Shown here: in pieces, positions 24,893 through 26,128 of the stretch
Layout of the letters: every line of letters starts with the position of its first letter
Numbering within the stretch: position 1 is the first letter of the stretch
Assembly (NCBI GenBank): GCA_037444285.1
Contig: JBBIMS010000001.1
Span: forward strand, 1 to 26,128
Length of the DNA: 26,128 bases
From: Candidatus Aminicenantes bacterium
GTDB taxonomy: Bacteria; Acidobacteriota; Aminicenantia; JBFLYD01; JBBIMS01
Direction of reading: 5' to 3'
Position numbers and translations under genes: made by a program
Notes under the pieces: model-generated
Told to the model about the DNA's origin: nothing
Databases searched by the model: none
Seen by the model: the letters and a program-made list of their open reading frames with translations, nothing else

Positions 24893-25657
24893 TCAATAAA
24901 CTCTCATTACTTTGTTGGAAAGAACTCCAATCCCTTCAATCTGAATGTCAACAATATCACCTGGATTAAGAGCTTTCCCAGCAGAAGGGGTTCCAGTGGC
25001 AATAACATCTCCAGGAAGGAGAGTCATTATCTGGGAGAGATATCTTATCAGAAATTCCACTGAAAAAATCATATTTTTAGTATTCCCTGATTGAACAAGT
25101 TTTCCATTAACAAAACTTTTAATTTTCAGATTCTGGGGATTTAGCTCTGTTACAATCCATGGTCCTAAGGGTGAGAAGGTATCAAAGGACTTTGCCCTTG
25201 TAAAGTGTTTATCTATCTCCTGTAAATCCCTCGCAGTAACATCATTAAAGCATGTATAACCAAAAACATAATCCATTGGATTCTCATTATCTTTTAACTG
25301 AGAGGCTCTCTTTTTTATCACAACTGCAAGCTCTCCACCAAAATCAACTATTGATGAAATCTTTGGAAGCAAAATGCTCTCCTCAGGTCCTATAACTGTT
25401 GTTGATGGCTTTATGTGGAATAGAGGGTAAGCCCTTTCCTCAATTCTTCTTTCAATTGCATGAGCCTTGTAATTATAAGCTATCCCTATTATCTTTGAAG
25501 GAACGACCGGAGCAAGGAGATTAACATCTGATAATGGTATTTTTACCCTGCTCTTTAAAACCTTTTCAAAAGGAGGCTCCCTTAGAAGATAGACATAATC
25601 CTCCTCCACAACCCCAAAGCATTCTTTTCCTTTAAAAATAAACCTGCATATCTTCAT
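24893..25657 (-). CDS. Fumarylacetoacetate hydrolase (FAH) family protein, divergent metal site
   Basis: LLAPVVPSKIIGIAYNYKAH, IKPSTT, GYTCFNDVTARDLQ, RAKSFDTFSPLGPWI, YLSQIMTLLPGDVIATGTP. Confidence 0.92.
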   Translation of the reverse strand: MKICRFIFKGKECFGVVEEDYVYLLREPPFEKVLKSRVKIPLSDVNLLAPVVPSKIIGIAYNYKAHAIERRIEERAYPLFHIKPSTTVIGPEESILLPKISSIVDFGGELAVVIKKRASQLKDNENPMDYVFGYTCFNDVTARDLQEIDKHFTRAKSFDTFSPLGPWIVTELNPQNLKIKSFVNGKLVQSGNTKNMIFSVEFLIRYLSQIMTLLPGDVIATGTPSAGKALNPGDIVDIQIEGIGVLSNKVMRVY

Positions 25658-26128
25658 CTATATCTCTCCTCAACTAAATTCGATGGATCACTTTCATTCC
25701 CCTTTTTATCCACCGCTGTGACAAAATATCTATAAATTTTCCCTTTCTCCCCTGTTCTGTCTTCAAATTCTGTCTCCTTTGTCCCATTTAGAGTAAGAAG
25801 CTCTTTTTTACCATTTTCTTCTCTGTAAACATTGTATTTTTCAAAATCATTTACCTCAACCTTCTCCCATTTCAAAAGGATAAAACCTTCTTCAGGGATT
25901 GCAACAAGGTTCTTCGGAGGAGGGGGAGGGAATTTATCCAAAGGAATAATAGAAATCTCCTCTGAATCATCACTTTCATAAAATTTCTCAGAAACAGAAC
26001 TTACTTTAAATCGATATTCCTTATCCCATGTGAAATCTTTAAAAACAAACTCATTATTTAATAAAGGTTCCTGATTCACCCTTTTGAACTCTTTACTTCT
26101 TCGAATGATTTCTAAGAGTTTAACTCTA
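25654..26128 (-). CDS. Fibronectin type III domain protein (5' end outside the window)
   Basis: The frame stays open upstream of the tracked GTG at 26079 to the edge (RVKLLEIIRRSKEFKRVNQEP). FN3 motifs PPPPKNLVA, ILLKWE, YNVYRE, FEDRT, YRYFVTAVDKKGNESDPS. Confidence 0.85.
   Translation of the reverse strand, partial: RVKLLEIIRRSKEFKRVNQEPLLNNEFVFKDFTWDKEYRFKVSSVSEKFYESDDSEEISIIPLDKFPPPPPKNLVAIPEEGFILLKWEKVEVNDFEKYNVYREENGKKELLTLNGTKETEFEDRTGEKGKIYRYFVTAVDKKGNESDPSNLVEERYR

Noticed and set aside
12883-25063. Plus-strand ORFs inside the minus-strand operon (for example 12883, 18342, 18957, 21896, 24542)
   Set aside because: Antisense shadows fully overlapping well-supported genes.
1-26128. 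CRISPR arrays, IS/transposases, tRNA/rRNA, prophage or defence genes
   Set aside because: None seen by eye; nearly all sequence is explained by tightly packed CDSs. A tRNAscan/Infernal run would confirm.

Overview
Dense, low-GC (my estimate roughly 35%) bacterial chromosome segment with purine-rich coding strands and Lys/Glu/Ile-rich proteins. An Omp85 protein plus TamB and a SurA-like gene indicate a diderm; an Acidobacteriota/Aminicenantes-like thermophile is only a guess. No tRNA, rRNA, CRISPR array, IS or prophage signature was seen. Block 1 (minus, 1-2090): a secreted GH38 alpha-mannosidase cut by the window edge and absent from the ORF track, plus a LiaF-like membrane gene broken by a one-base frameshift. 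Block 2 (plus, 2220-11634): glmM, pdxJ, a membrane-anchored PHP hydrolase with a CBM-like tail, a dipeptide epimerase with a Tat-like leader, truD, a 4-TM protein, a TPR-TlpA redoxin and a large beta-lactamase-fold serine hydrolase. Block 3 (minus, 11884-26128): FN3 protein (partial), FAH-family protein, transaldolase, a three-part acyl-CoA carboxylase, tamB, a 7-POTRA Omp85, a SurA-like gene, a 587-aa apparent four-ACT-repeat protein and a TIGR04076-like 3-Cys protein. The best novelty candidate is the ACT-repeat/3-Cys gene pair, which has its own promoter and terminator. Family calls come from motif recognition by eye; no database searches were run.
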